A DNA stretch of 36,878 bases from a virus (lineage: Duplodnaviria; Caudoviricetes). Of this stretch, positions 26,903-35,826 are shown in pieces. The position numbers and the translations under genes are program-made. Within the stretch, counting starts at the first letter, position 1. Every line of letters starts with the position of its first letter. Location of the stretch: positions 1-36,878 of IMG/VR virus record IMGVR_UViG_3300014656_001149, one strand, 5' to 3'. Under the pieces are notes generated by a model. That model did no database searches. It had not been told where the DNA came from and saw nothing but the letters and a program-made list of their open reading frames with translations.

Positions 26903-27981
26903 GAATAGCGTTTAATCCAACGGGCACTCATACCCACAAGGGTTATCTGAAGGTTAGGTTTGATTTAATCCCAGACCCGACTGATAAGACCTATGCTATG
27001 CATCATATCCAAGTACCTGTTATCCCACCTGGAGGGTATCCAGGTGCTGTAGATGAGATGGGTGCGCCTATCGACCAGGCTGATTATGATAAGTGGCTGG
27101 GAGGACTCCCAAAGGTTTGGCAGACTAATCCATGCCTATCCCACATAGTTACAGTACCAGAGGACATCCAATTACAGGAGTTGGAGAATCTTGTATGCAA
27201 CGTCTTTAATAAGGATACTACAGCAACACTGGACGATATACTGGTACAACCAGATAGTGCCCATCTGGTGTCTGTGTTTATGAGAGACAAGGGTATACCA
27301 TCAGTCAAACCTGTAAAGGCAAAGGATTTGGTAGGATTGGTTAGTTCTGTAAACGCTCGACTAGCTGGCTTGGGACTTGCCTTTGAGGGTGGAGGTTCTG
27401 TAATTCCAATAGAGCCTCAGAGTATTGTCGTCGGTTATGAGGCTATAGATAGAGCTTACGATTGTTATTATACAAGGGTTGCTCAAGCTGTTAAGGCACT
27501 AGCTGATGGCACTATAGATACTATTGAGATATTTGCTGCTAGTGGCTATCCCTTAGCAGATTGTGAGGTAGCGACTTTCTTTGTGGTAAGTGGTAATAAT
27601 TTATCAACCAGAGATAGCGAACTTCTTGGTAATGTAGCAGCAGGGAGCAAACAAACCATTACGTTAAACTCTGTTGGTGGAGCAATATCCATTGACGTTA
27701 TGATAGATGATTGCATTGGAACCTATTTTTCTAGTGGGCGACTAAAACAAGGCACAACAACAACTGGAGGACATTGGTGGCGTAGTGGCGATAATATACC
27801 TTGTACTGATGCTACTTTTGGCATTAACTCCAATGATATAAGTCTCAAAGGCACAGGAACAGAGGCAGCAGGAGGTTGGGCTAACATAGGTAAAGTAATG
27901 GGTGTAGCAGCAGCAGCCTTTGGTAAAATGAATGGCGTAGCTGTAGCAGATGTTAAAACAGTAAGTGGAGTAGCAGTATAA
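26899..27981 (+). CDS. Tail-associated protein (putative)
   Basis: In the tail block; beta-rich C-half; terminal K(V/M)xGVA repeats. Confidence 0.6.
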   Translation: MRIAFNPTGTHTHKGYLKVRFDLIPDPTDKTYAMHHIQVPVIPPGGYPGAVDEMGAPIDQADYDKWLGGLPKVWQTNPCLSHIVTVPEDIQLQELENLVCNVFNKDTTATLDDILVQPDSAHLVSVFMRDKGIPSVKPVKAKDLVGLVSSVNARLAGLGLAFEGGGSVIPIEPQSIVVGYEAIDRAYDCYYTRVAQAVKALADGTIDTIEIFAASGYPLADCEVATFFVVSGNNLSTRDSELLGNVAAGSKQTITLNSVGGAISIDVMIDDCIGTYFSSGRLKQGTTTTGGHWWRSGDNIPCTDATFGINSNDISLKGTGTEAAGGWANIGKVMGVAAAAFGKMNGVAVADVKTVSGVAV

Positions 27982-28328
27982 TGCCGAGACTTTACGTAGC
28001 GAGAAGAAACGAGAGGAAGGGACTTTACATACAGGGAACGGGGGAGAACCCGTCTCTGATATTCTTCCTACCAGAAAGAGGAGACCGACAGGTAAGCGCA
28101 GGACAACTAGACGAACTAATAAGGTCTCAGCTTGAGAAGGTAGGGATAACAAAAGAGTCTGATGTTCAAGCTGTTGTAGCTAAAGCTGAAGAGGACTATG
28201 AACTCAGGGTGAAAGTAGAAGAGGCTAAGAAGGAATTAAGGCGGTTAATGGATATAAGAGCTAAGGGCGGAAAGTTAATGAGTGTTGGCAGAGGAAAGTG
28301 GGCGCAAGCATTTTATCCAAGTAAATAA
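27981..28328 (+). CDS. Hypothetical protein
   Basis: TAATG coupling. Confidence 0.65.
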   Translation: MPRLYVARRNERKGLYIQGTGENPSLIFFLPERGDRQVSAGQLDELIRSQLEKVGITKESDVQAVVAKAEEDYELRVKVEEAKKELRRLMDIRAKGGKLMSVGRGKWAQAFYPSK

Positions 28329-28339
28329 GGAGGTTTATT

Positions 28340-28975
28340 ATGGCATATCCACAATATGTAGGTCAAAAGGACAAGGTACTAAACACGGGGCGAATACCCT
28401 ATTTGGGGGATGACACTAACTTTTACCCAGCGAAGGGTATATTGTCAGGAAGCTCAATGGAACAGAAGGTGGCTCAAAGAGAGCCTTTTGAGTTCCGACC
28501 TGGGCAAACGACACTGGTTGACGGTGCGGTAGCTACTGGGACAAGAACAGGCTCACCGACCATTACTACTGCTGCCACAGCTAACTCTACTTATTGGGGA
28601 GCTTGGATACAATATGCTCCAGCGAGGGTAGGAAAGATAGATGGTCTAGCTACCGGTGGTATCGTCGAAGGGCAGTTGACTATAGGTCATAAGTCGGCTG
28701 CGGGAACGGTGAACGTGAAGGTATCGGCAAGGATAGCTAACACCGCCAATACAGCTTCCCCTGATATCTTGGTGACTCTAACGGCAGCTACTGCGGTTAC
28801 TACTGCTGAGACCTACTCTACCTTTGACATCAACTACCTAAAGACTGACGCTGTTTTTAATGCTGTGCCGTTCTCTCTAGCCGTAGGCATACAGACAGCC
28901 GTAGCAGCTAGTGCAGGTATAGCCAGATTCATGGAGTCCAGTGCAATCAGAGGTGAATTTGAGCCCGGGACGTAG
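28340..28975 (+). CDS. Thr/Ala-rich virion protein (putative)
   Basis: AAGGAGG RBS; composition and context. Confidence 0.65.
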   Translation: MAYPQYVGQKDKVLNTGRIPYLGDDTNFYPAKGILSGSSMEQKVAQREPFEFRPGQTTLVDGAVATGTRTGSPTITTAATANSTYWGAWIQYAPARVGKIDGLATGGIVEGQLTIGHKSAAGTVNVKVSARIANTANTASPDILVTLTAATAVTTAETYSTFDINYLKTDAVFNAVPFSLAVGIQTAVAASAGIARFMESSAIRGEFEPGT

Positions 28976-28984
28976 GAGTAAGTA

Positions 28985-29677
28985 ATGGCAACTAAAGAAG
29001 CGATAATAGCTGCCAAGCAATTTGCTACTGAACGTTATATAAGAAGTACGCATCCTGTCTTATATCTGCCTTTATGGAGATTAGACGGCAGTCCTAGCAT
29101 CAGGTCTCAGGATGCCTTTGGTCATATAGGAACAGTTACTGATGCTTTGTGGAGACCGCAAGGTAGATACTTTGATGGTGCAAATGGTATTATTGTAATT
29201 CCGAGAACCGCATCATTAGAGCCAAACCCTATAACCATAGGAGCGTGGGTGCAAATAACTGAACTGGACACGGTTAGGCGTATTTTTGCCAAGCATGAAG
29301 CTGGGCTTGTTAAAGCGGGATATACCCTTTATCGTCTTAACACCGATAATAAGATTTATTTCCAGAGCGGTGATAGCGTTACCTGGCCTGCATGGAACTT
29401 AGGTTCTACTAAAGCATTAGCAGTAGGTTGGCATTGTATAGAAGCAGGACAAGATAGTTCATGGGTATCTATGTTCATAGATGGAGAAGAGGCAGCCACG
29501 GCAATCGCTGGAGGCAAAATAGTTCACCATACCACTCATGATTTATGGATAGGTGGTGATACTCCGACTGCTTTTGTGTGGAGTGGGATAATTGGTGCAA
29601 CATGGATTTATAATAAAGCCCCAAACCCAACAGACCATGGGCGTATCTACCAAGCGACACGATGGAAGTTTAAGTAG
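28985..29677 (+). CDS. LamG / concanavalin-A-like domain protein, copy 1
   Basis: VLYLPLW, YFDG, ITIGAWV, WHCI, MFIDG, LWIG, GIIGATWIYN. Confidence 0.8.
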   Translation: MATKEAIIAAKQFATERYIRSTHPVLYLPLWRLDGSPSIRSQDAFGHIGTVTDALWRPQGRYFDGANGIIVIPRTASLEPNPITIGAWVQITELDTVRRIFAKHEAGLVKAGYTLYRLNTDNKIYFQSGDSVTWPAWNLGSTKALAVGWHCIEAGQDSSWVSMFIDGEEAATAIAGGKIVHHTTHDLWIGGDTPTAFVWSGIIGATWIYNKAPNPTDHGRIYQATRWKFK

Positions 29678-29921
29678 ATGCCACTAACAGAAAAGGGCAA
29701 GAAAATCAAGCGTTCAATGGTAAAACAATATGGCAAGGAAAAGGGTGAAGGTGAATTTGAGCCAGGGACATAAGGGGAAATTAAATGGCTGATAAACTAA
29801 GCATTATTGCTGCCAAGCAATTTGCTACTGAACGTTATATAAGAAGTACGCATCCTGTGCTGTATTTACCTTTATATAGGTTGGATGGCAGTCCTAGCAT
29901 CAGGTCTCAGGATGCCTTTGG
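29009..29921 (+). repeat. Direct repeats at 800-bp spacing in the 5' parts of the two LamG genes
   Basis: 29009-29058 identical to 29809-29858 (50 bp); 29087-29121 identical to 29887-29921 (35 bp). Confidence 0.9.
29678..29773 (+). CDS. Chimeric mini-ORF (31 aa) at the duplication junction
   Basis: MPLTEKGKKIKRSMVKQYGKEKGE fused to GEFEPGT, the exact C-terminus of the 28340..28975 protein. Confidence 0.65.
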   Translation: MPLTEKGKKIKRSMVKQYGKEKGEGEFEPGT

Positions 29922-30474
29922 GCACGTCTGCACGGTTACTGGTGCTACTTGGGGAACTACAGGTAGAACCTTTGGGGGAAACGGAGATAACATAGTAACT
30001 GCTAGTGCTATAACTCTTACTCCAAGTGCTTTTACTGCTCTAGTCTGGTGGAAAAGACTGGGTAACTCAGGTGGAGCGACTTCCGACCTTTTCCATTCAC
30101 TTCTCAGGGGCATAAATGGTTACAGCCCCAACAATGTCAGTATCAATAAAGGTGGCACAGAGGTAAGAGTATCCTGTGCCACCGATAGTACCACTAGAAC
30201 TGCCATTGTTGCAACTACGGCAGCACCCTTCCATCTTGTAGGAGCAGTCTGGACTGGGACACAATTATATGCTGTGGCTGACGGAGTTCTCGGAACTGCA
30301 ACTGCTGCCCCGGGGGCACTAACATCCTTTACCCATGTTATAACACTTGGAATGTTTGATGCTGATAATTATTTAGCTAATGGTATTATCTCTGAGGCTT
30401 TGGTGTATCCCCGTGCTTTCAATATCGTGGAAAGACAGAGATTTTATTTAACTACTAAGTGGAGGTATAAATAA
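29785..30474 (+). CDS. LamG / concanavalin-A-like domain protein, copy 2
   Basis: Same N-terminus as copy 1; FTALVWWK, FHLVGAVW, ADG, GIISEALVYPRA. Confidence 0.8.
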   Translation: MADKLSIIAAKQFATERYIRSTHPVLYLPLYRLDGSPSIRSQDAFGHVCTVTGATWGTTGRTFGGNGDNIVTASAITLTPSAFTALVWWKRLGNSGGATSDLFHSLLRGINGYSPNNVSINKGGTEVRVSCATDSTTRTAIVATTAAPFHLVGAVWTGTQLYAVADGVLGTATAAPGALTSFTHVITLGMFDADNYLANGIISEALVYPRAFNIVERQRFYLTTKWRYK

Positions 30475-30632
30475 TGCCAGTCAAAATTACTAAAGTAGAT
30501 GGGTACAAAGTGACTACACCACATGGGGTGAAAGCCAAGCATACCACAAAGGCTAAGGCTAAAAGACAAGCGAGGCTTCTAAATGCAGTAGAGAAGGGAT
30601 GGAAGCCCACAGGGAAAAAAGCCAAGAAGTAG
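30474..30632 (+). CDS. Small Lys-rich protein (52 aa)
   Basis: GGAGG RBS; TAATG coupling; MPVKITKVDGYKVTTPHGVKAKHTTKAKAKRQARLL... Confidence 0.7.
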   Translation: MPVKITKVDGYKVTTPHGVKAKHTTKAKAKRQARLLNAVEKGWKPTGKKAKK

Positions 30633-30642
30633 GAGGTGAGCG

Positions 30643-31719
30643 ATGCTGAGAGATTATCAGGCGATGACGACTTTGGTCGTTACCAAGCTTCAGAGTGCTG
30701 GAACTGCTGATTACAGTGTAGCTGAAGTAGATTATCAGATAGAAGAGTCTCTAAAGGAGTTCTCTAATTACAAGTCTCATATTGTAATGTTGCCTTTTAA
30801 GATTGAGTCACGTTATGGCACTGACGTTACAGGGACGGCGGATAAGTTGACAGACCTAGTGAAATTACAGTTCTTAGCTGTTGATGCTACCAACGAGAAG
30901 GTAGTCCATAATACTACAGATAATACTTGGGCTGTGGTAACAGCTCATACCAGCACGTCAGTTCTTGGTATCTCAGACGATATTATGAATGCTGGTGACG
31001 CCTACGAGATATACAACAAGAAATGCACCAATAAGAGGCAAATCTATATTGGGGATATATTACCTCAAATATCAAATATAGAGTCTATTGAGTATCCTTT
31101 AGGCGCTAAGAGGAATTGGAAGGTATGCCATGAAGGTGTTATAGAAATAGATGTGAGTGAGGTTGCCGATAGTAATGCTAACACTGCTGTTGTGTCTGCC
31201 CTTCCCAATGTAAATGTCTGGGTCAGGGTATTAAGACCTCATATACTTGCTCAGATGACAGACTGGGTGGGTGCGATTAGTGCAACAAGTGGTGTGAAAG
31301 CAGCCACTACTGTTAGCGTTGTAAGTCTAGCTGCCTCGGCATCAATAGAGTCTGGTGGTGAGTTCACAGTTGCAACTCACAGGCAAAACTATATTATCAC
31401 ATCTTCTGCTACCGCTAACAGTGCTGGAGTAGCAGCAATCTCTTTCTATCCCCCTTTTGAGGCTGCTGCAGCAGCAGGGGCAGTAGTAACTTTCACTAAG
31501 TCCACACTTAAACCAAATGAGGAAGAGGTATTTGCTGACCTTGTGGCTGCTAGGTTATCGATAAACAAATCTCCTAAATACTTCAATGCCATCTCTCTTG
31601 GAGGTGGTGTGGTGTATCAGAACTTCTTAACATGGGGTGAGAGAAGGCTAGGTGAGACACTTAGTAAGCTAAGAAGCCAATCAACACCCAAAGTAAAAGA
31701 GAGGTATCCTCGTGACTAA
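30643..31719 (+). CDS. Head-tail adaptor / tail structural protein (putative)
   Basis: AGGAGGTG RBS; helical termini around a beta-rich core; position in the tail block. Confidence 0.55.
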   Translation: MLRDYQAMTTLVVTKLQSAGTADYSVAEVDYQIEESLKEFSNYKSHIVMLPFKIESRYGTDVTGTADKLTDLVKLQFLAVDATNEKVVHNTTDNTWAVVTAHTSTSVLGISDDIMNAGDAYEIYNKKCTNKRQIYIGDILPQISNIESIEYPLGAKRNWKVCHEGVIEIDVSEVADSNANTAVVSALPNVNVWVRVLRPHILAQMTDWVGAISATSGVKAATTVSVVSLAASASIESGGEFTVATHRQNYIITSSATANSAGVAAISFYPPFEAAAAAGAVVTFTKSTLKPNEEEVFADLVAARLSINKSPKYFNAISLGGGVVYQNFLTWGERRLGETLSKLRSQSTPKVKERYPRD

Positions 31720-31852
31720 AACATATATTGATATGGCAAAACTTCTAGTGGAAGTAGGGTTGGCTAAAAGTATTAGCCAAGCCAAGCACCTCATTAAACA
31801 AGGTGCGGTTAAAATATATCCTCCTGATGCAAAGGTGAGTTGTAATGCGTAA
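31712..31852 (+). CDS. Stand-alone S4-like mini-protein (46 aa, GTG start)
   Basis: GAGAGG RBS; LLVEVGLAKSISQAKHLIKQGAVKI; fills the gap and overlaps both neighbours. Confidence 0.65.
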   Translation: MTKTYIDMAKLLVEVGLAKSISQAKHLIKQGAVKIYPPDAKVSCNA

Positions 31853-33221
31853 TCTTTCCGCCACACTTACGGCTGCACAGAAAACCCTTTCTTATACCCC
31901 AATATGGAAGGTGGTGTTTACACGTTCAGGTCAAGCCACAAAGACTTATACAGGCACTAGAGTTTTAGGCATTACCCATACGGAGACGCCTTCTAGTAGC
32001 AAGGCAGAAATTATCTTGCATAATGCTGATGGTGCTTTAACCGCTTTAGACTTTGAGCATTATCAGGCGGTAATTTCCTATGGTATGACAACCAGTGGCG
32101 GTGATGAGTATTCGGCTACTGCTCCACTAAGGGTTAGAGTTCAGGAATTTCATTCTGGTATGGGAATATTAAGGTGTATTCTCAGGTCAATAAGTATACT
32201 AGACCAACTAGCAGAGGATAAGTCTCTCAAGGATTACACGCAGGAGGCAGACGATACCAACACAATTAAAACTTTAATAGATGCCGTAGCAGCTGGTGGT
32301 TCAGGACTTAACGGGGCTTATGCGGGCTATGATGCGGTTACAATCACTTATGATGCCGGCTATGATGATGGGATAATAAACAGCTTCATACCAGCCGATT
32401 ACTTCGCTATTTCTACCAATGAAAGCAGGTTAGATAAGATAGACGAACTGTTGGGTTATACCAGTTGCAAGAGGAGGGTAGAAGCTGATGGGGCCATCCA
32501 TATCTTTGACCCGACTACCACAGGCACGACTTATGATTACGAATACAAGTTCAATGTAGCAGGAGACCATACCTTCTGGAACAAGACTATCAGGTTGCGG
32601 TTTGTCAATCCAAACAAAGAAATAGTGGAGTCAGGGGAAGGACATGAACCATTTTATAGGAGTAGTGCTACAAGTGCTACAAGCTATGCCTTAGCCCCTA
32701 AAGTGCATACTACAAAAAGAAGGCTTGCCTCTGATATTGAGGCTGGTGCTATAGCAGGAGCCAAGATAGAAACCTATGAACTGGATGATGAAAGAGGGTT
32801 TGCTACCGTGCCAATGAATGTAGGGCAGGAGCTATGGGACTATGTGAAGGTTACGGACTCTCGACAAGGCGATACAAGAGTGGGTAACATCCAGTATTTA
32901 CAAAGGAATGTTAAGATACCACTGGGTAGCGAGGGGATGACCTTCAATATGACCTTGAGTTTTGGTAAGGTTGCCCCTGAGAGTATGCTGGCAAATATGC
33001 TTACTACTGGTGATGGTAGATTATCTAACGCACAAATCCTTGATATGATTACTGCTTTGGATACTAATATTGAGAATAACCGCAATGCTCTTAATGAGCT
33101 GATAACTATATGGAACTCTTTTAAGTTAGGTGAGGTAACAATACCCACGACCTTTGTAGCAAGAAGGTTGAAAGTAACTCATAGATTACAAATCCCAGTA
33201 GGTAAGGATATGTTTGACTGA
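31845..33221 (+). CDS. Tail / hub-like structural protein (putative)
   Basis: 458 aa; RRVEADGAIHIF and GQELWDYVKVTDSR resemble tail-hub proteins; C-terminal coiled coil. Confidence 0.6.
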   Translation: MRNLSATLTAAQKTLSYTPIWKVVFTRSGQATKTYTGTRVLGITHTETPSSSKAEIILHNADGALTALDFEHYQAVISYGMTTSGGDEYSATAPLRVRVQEFHSGMGILRCILRSISILDQLAEDKSLKDYTQEADDTNTIKTLIDAVAAGGSGLNGAYAGYDAVTITYDAGYDDGIINSFIPADYFAISTNESRLDKIDELLGYTSCKRRVEADGAIHIFDPTTTGTTYDYEYKFNVAGDHTFWNKTIRLRFVNPNKEIVESGEGHEPFYRSSATSATSYALAPKVHTTKRRLASDIEAGAIAGAKIETYELDDERGFATVPMNVGQELWDYVKVTDSRQGDTRVGNIQYLQRNVKIPLGSEGMTFNMTLSFGKVAPESMLANMLTTGDGRLSNAQILDMITALDTNIENNRNALNELITIWNSFKLGEVTIPTTFVARRLKVTHRLQIPVGKDMFD

Positions 33222-33829
33222 TGGCTACTAAATATGAAAGATGGGAAACACTGGGAGGAAGTGATTACTTCGGTATTTATGAAAATTACTGGGAAGCACA
33301 GTCATTTACTCCGAGTATCACCCATATACTAACAAGTATTAAACTTTTAGGTTATGTCTATGGTGGTTATACTGTTGGTGAAATCACAGTCTCTATCAGG
33401 GCAGTAGATGGTTCTAATTTACCCACTGGGGATGACTTATCAGTTGGTACTTATAATGGTAATACAATTGGAGGGACAGATGAGTGGTTTGAGATACCTA
33501 TGTCCCCAATTAGCTTATTTGCTGGCACTGAATATGCTATAGTTATCAGAGTAGTCGGCCCGGATGATTTGAAGCTCAGATATAATATAGGTTATGCAAG
33601 TGGGCAAGAATCCTACTCTACTGATTCAGGAGCTAATTGGGGACATACTGGTGCTGGTAACCGCGACATACACTTCCAAGAGTGGGGTAATCCTACCAGC
33701 AACTATCTCTGGATTGAGGGAACAAACCTCCGTTATTTTGATGAGGATGGTTCAAAGAAGGCTGCTGGAGACCCTATGTGTTATGAGGATACGGTCGTTT
33801 CACACGAAGATAAAGTAGTTTATAGTTAG
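33221..33829 (+). CDS. Beta-sandwich tail/receptor-binding-like protein
   Basis: AQSFTP..LTSIKL, GTEYAIVI, YSTDSGANW. Confidence 0.6.
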   Translation: MATKYERWETLGGSDYFGIYENYWEAQSFTPSITHILTSIKLLGYVYGGYTVGEITVSIRAVDGSNLPTGDDLSVGTYNGNTIGGTDEWFEIPMSPISLFAGTEYAIVIRVVGPDDLKLRYNIGYASGQESYSTDSGANWGHTGAGNRDIHFQEWGNPTSNYLWIEGTNLRYFDEDGSKKAAGDPMCYEDTVVSHEDKVVYS

Positions 33830-33837
33830 GAGGAAGA

Positions 33838-34221
33838 ATGAGCGCATTAAATGAATACTCAATAACTAAACTAGCCACAGTAACAGGTGTGGATATGAAA
33901 ACGGCACAGAAAAACACGCTCTACACTGTGCCTACTGGAAAGACAGCCTATATATTTGCAGTTTGTGTCAGAGAGCCCTCTGCTTCTATGGCAGGTGGGA
34001 CTGATTTTGACTTAGGAACCGGGGCTAATGCCGATACCTGGAGACAGACTGTCGACCTGTCAAGCATGACCACACTAGCGACAGATTATATGTTTATTAC
34101 AGGAGCGGATGTTACCAAGTATACGGATTGTGCTGCTGCCTCAGTTTTTGGTATTAAGGTTATTACAGGCACAACGGACGCTTGCACTTGCACCGTGGAC
34201 GTCTTTGGTTTCCTTGCCTAA
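33838..34221 (+). CDS. Small beta-rich virion protein (putative)
   Basis: AGGAGG RBS; LYTVPTGKTAYI motif. Confidence 0.65.
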   Translation: MSALNEYSITKLATVTGVDMKTAQKNTLYTVPTGKTAYIFAVCVREPSASMAGGTDFDLGTGANADTWRQTVDLSSMTTLATDYMFITGADVTKYTDCAAASVFGIKVITGTTDACTCTVDVFGFLA

Positions 34222-34240
34222 ATTATAAAGGAGAAAAAAG

Positions 34241-34450
34241 GTGTGGGATAAAATAAAGGAGATTTATGCTTCTGGCTTCTTATTTCTGGCAGTAGCATGG
34301 ATACTTAGTCATCTTATCTTGATATTGTTGCATAAAAAAGTCACTATAATGGAAAGCAACAAGTACATCTTGTGGACTGAGATAACCTTAACGGCAGGGT
34401 TACTGGGCTTTGCCATAGAAAGGATAATAAGTGCCTTTGGAGGCTTATAA
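34241..34450 (+). CDS. Two-TM membrane protein (holin-like)
   Basis: AAGGAG RBS; two hydrophobic helices; located after the tail genes. Confidence 0.5.
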   Translation: MWDKIKEIYASGFLFLAVAWILSHLILILLHKKVTIMESNKYILWTEITLTAGLLGFAIERIISAFGGL

Positions 34451-34619
34451 AGGACTTCAGGAGGTAAGAGAAAAGGTGAGAATCAGAATTAAGTTCCGGG
34501 CATTTAGTTTTGAGGGACAGGAAGAGTGGGGTAATTTATCAAAGGACAAGGTATTTATGCAGATTGCTGTTACCCTTCCTCTAATAATGGCTGGTATTGA
34601 CTTTGAGGTCTTTATCTAA
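34431..34619 (+). CDS. Hypothetical protein
   Basis: Fills the gap between coupled ORFs. Confidence 0.45.
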   Translation: MPLEAYKGLQEVREKVRIRIKFRAFSFEGQEEWGNLSKDKVFMQIAVTLPLIMAGIDFEVFI

Positions 34620-34620
34620 A

Positions 34621-34881
34621 ATGGCAACAGAAGAAGAACTAAAAGAAGCTACCCGTCAGATGATATACAAGCTATACCAGGCTGTTGTTGGTATCCCTGA
34701 AAACCCTGAAGATAACGGGCTGATAGGTGATGTTAAAAAAATCAATGATAAACTTGACATCGTGAATGGGAGAACCAGAGGCAATGAGACTAGAAGCAAA
34801 GTTAATCAGGCTATTATAGCTGTAATACTTGGTGGTGGAGGACTGTCAGCAGGGATTACGAAATTACTTGACCTTTGGTAA
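34621..34881 (+). CDS. Coiled-coil protein with C-terminal membrane anchor (lysis-associated?)
   Basis: GAGG RBS before ATG 34621; hydrophobic C-terminus. Confidence 0.55.
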   Translation: MATEEELKEATRQMIYKLYQAVVGIPENPEDNGLIGDVKKINDKLDIVNGRTRGNETRSKVNQAIIAVILGGGGLSAGITKLLDLW

Positions 34882-35052
34882 GTAAAATGGAGAGCAAAAG
34901 AACGAATAGCTCAGTGCAGATTAACCTGTCAGATTTGCAGGAAGAATATTAAACCTGGGCATCCTTACAAGTGGCTTCATCAAGGAGTTACTGTTATCAG
35001 GATTCTAAGGGTATGCCCTACCTGTTATGAAACGCACCAGAATCGATTTTAA
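34882..35052 (+). pseudogene. Zinc-finger ORF without a canonical start codon
   Basis: VKWRAKERIAQCRLTCQICRKNIKPG...VCPTCYE; begins GTA directly after the upstream TAA. Confidence 0.45.
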
Positions 35053-35167
35053 GCCCCTTTAACATGATGATGGGTATTCTTGGTTAGAGGTAGTTGCCTC
35101 TCTTTTCTTTTGATTAAAAATAATTGAACCTATTTTTTGTTAGGCACAAAATAAATGGCTAGGGGTA

Positions 35168-35196
35168 TTGACAAACGCAACTTGCTGTGGTAAAGT
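35168..35196 (+). promoter_or_regulatory. Sigma70 promoter with extended -10
   Basis: TTGACA-N17-TAAAGT with TG at 35188-35189; AT-rich upstream region; 6 nt to ATG 35203. Confidence 0.7.
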
Positions 35197-35202
35197 AGTG
35201 TT

Positions 35203-35526
35203 ATGGATAGAAAAGAGATGCTACTAATGAGGTTAGATGGTATGACCTATCAAGCCATCGCAATTAAGGCTGGTATTTCTCGGCAACGAGTTCAGCAATT
35301 ACTTGGCCCAGTGCCAGCTACTAGAAGGTTCGTTGTTAGAAAATTTGGTGGTAGATGTAATCGGTGCGGAATTTATGTCGGTAAATCAGGACATGTTCAT
35401 CACAACGGAGACCTTGATGTAGAAAATTATGACGACCCTCATAGTCTTGAATTGTTGTGTATAGGTTGCCATAGAATAGCACATTTACCAGAACCGTATT
35501 TACGCAGAAGAAGATATAAAGGCTAA
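35203..35526 (+). CDS. HTH-HNH endonuclease fusion
   Basis: GMTYQAIAIKAGISRQRVQQLL HTH; CNRC...HVHH...LELLCIGCHRIAH. Confidence 0.8.
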   Translation: MDRKEMLLMRLDGMTYQAIAIKAGISRQRVQQLLGPVPATRRFVVRKFGGRCNRCGIYVGKSGHVHHNGDLDVENYDDPHSLELLCIGCHRIAHLPEPYLRRRRYKG

Positions 35527-35529
35527 TAT

Positions 35530-35730
35530 GTGCTTATGGATAGTGTAAATGTTAAAGAACTTCGGAAATTACTGGGGCTAACTCAGCAAGAACTAGCCGA
35601 GAAGATGGATGTAGCTATTTTCACTATACGGCGGTGGGAGAAGGGAGAAGCTAGAATACACAGGGTCAACCAGAAAAGGCTAGAGCGGTTAGCAAAGAGG
35701 ATGGAAAGGCTAAAGAAGAGATTGAAATGA
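35530..35730 (+). CDS. Xre/Cro-family HTH regulator
   Basis: VKELRKLLGLTQQELAEKMDVAIFTIRRWEKG. Confidence 0.9.
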   Translation: MLMDSVNVKELRKLLGLTQQELAEKMDVAIFTIRRWEKGEARIHRVNQKRLERLAKRMERLKKRLK

Positions 35731-35825
35731 ATTGTAAGTGCGGACATTATCAGTATGCCCATGACAATGGGCGATTCAAATGCAATATGAAAGGTTGTAA
35801 ATGTAAGAAATATAAAGAAGGCTAA
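35727..35825 (+). CDS. Cys/His-rich micro-protein (32 aa)
   Basis: MNCKCGHYQYAHDNGRFKCNMKGCKCKKYKEG; coupled on both sides. Confidence 0.65.
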   Translation: MNCKCGHYQYAHDNGRFKCNMKGCKCKKYKEG

Positions 35826-35826
35826 A

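Noticed and set aside
28985-30474. Diversity-generating retroelement (TR/VR pair) in the LamG repeats
   Set aside because: Repeats are N-terminal, mismatches are mostly synonymous and not adenine-specific, and no reverse transcriptase is present
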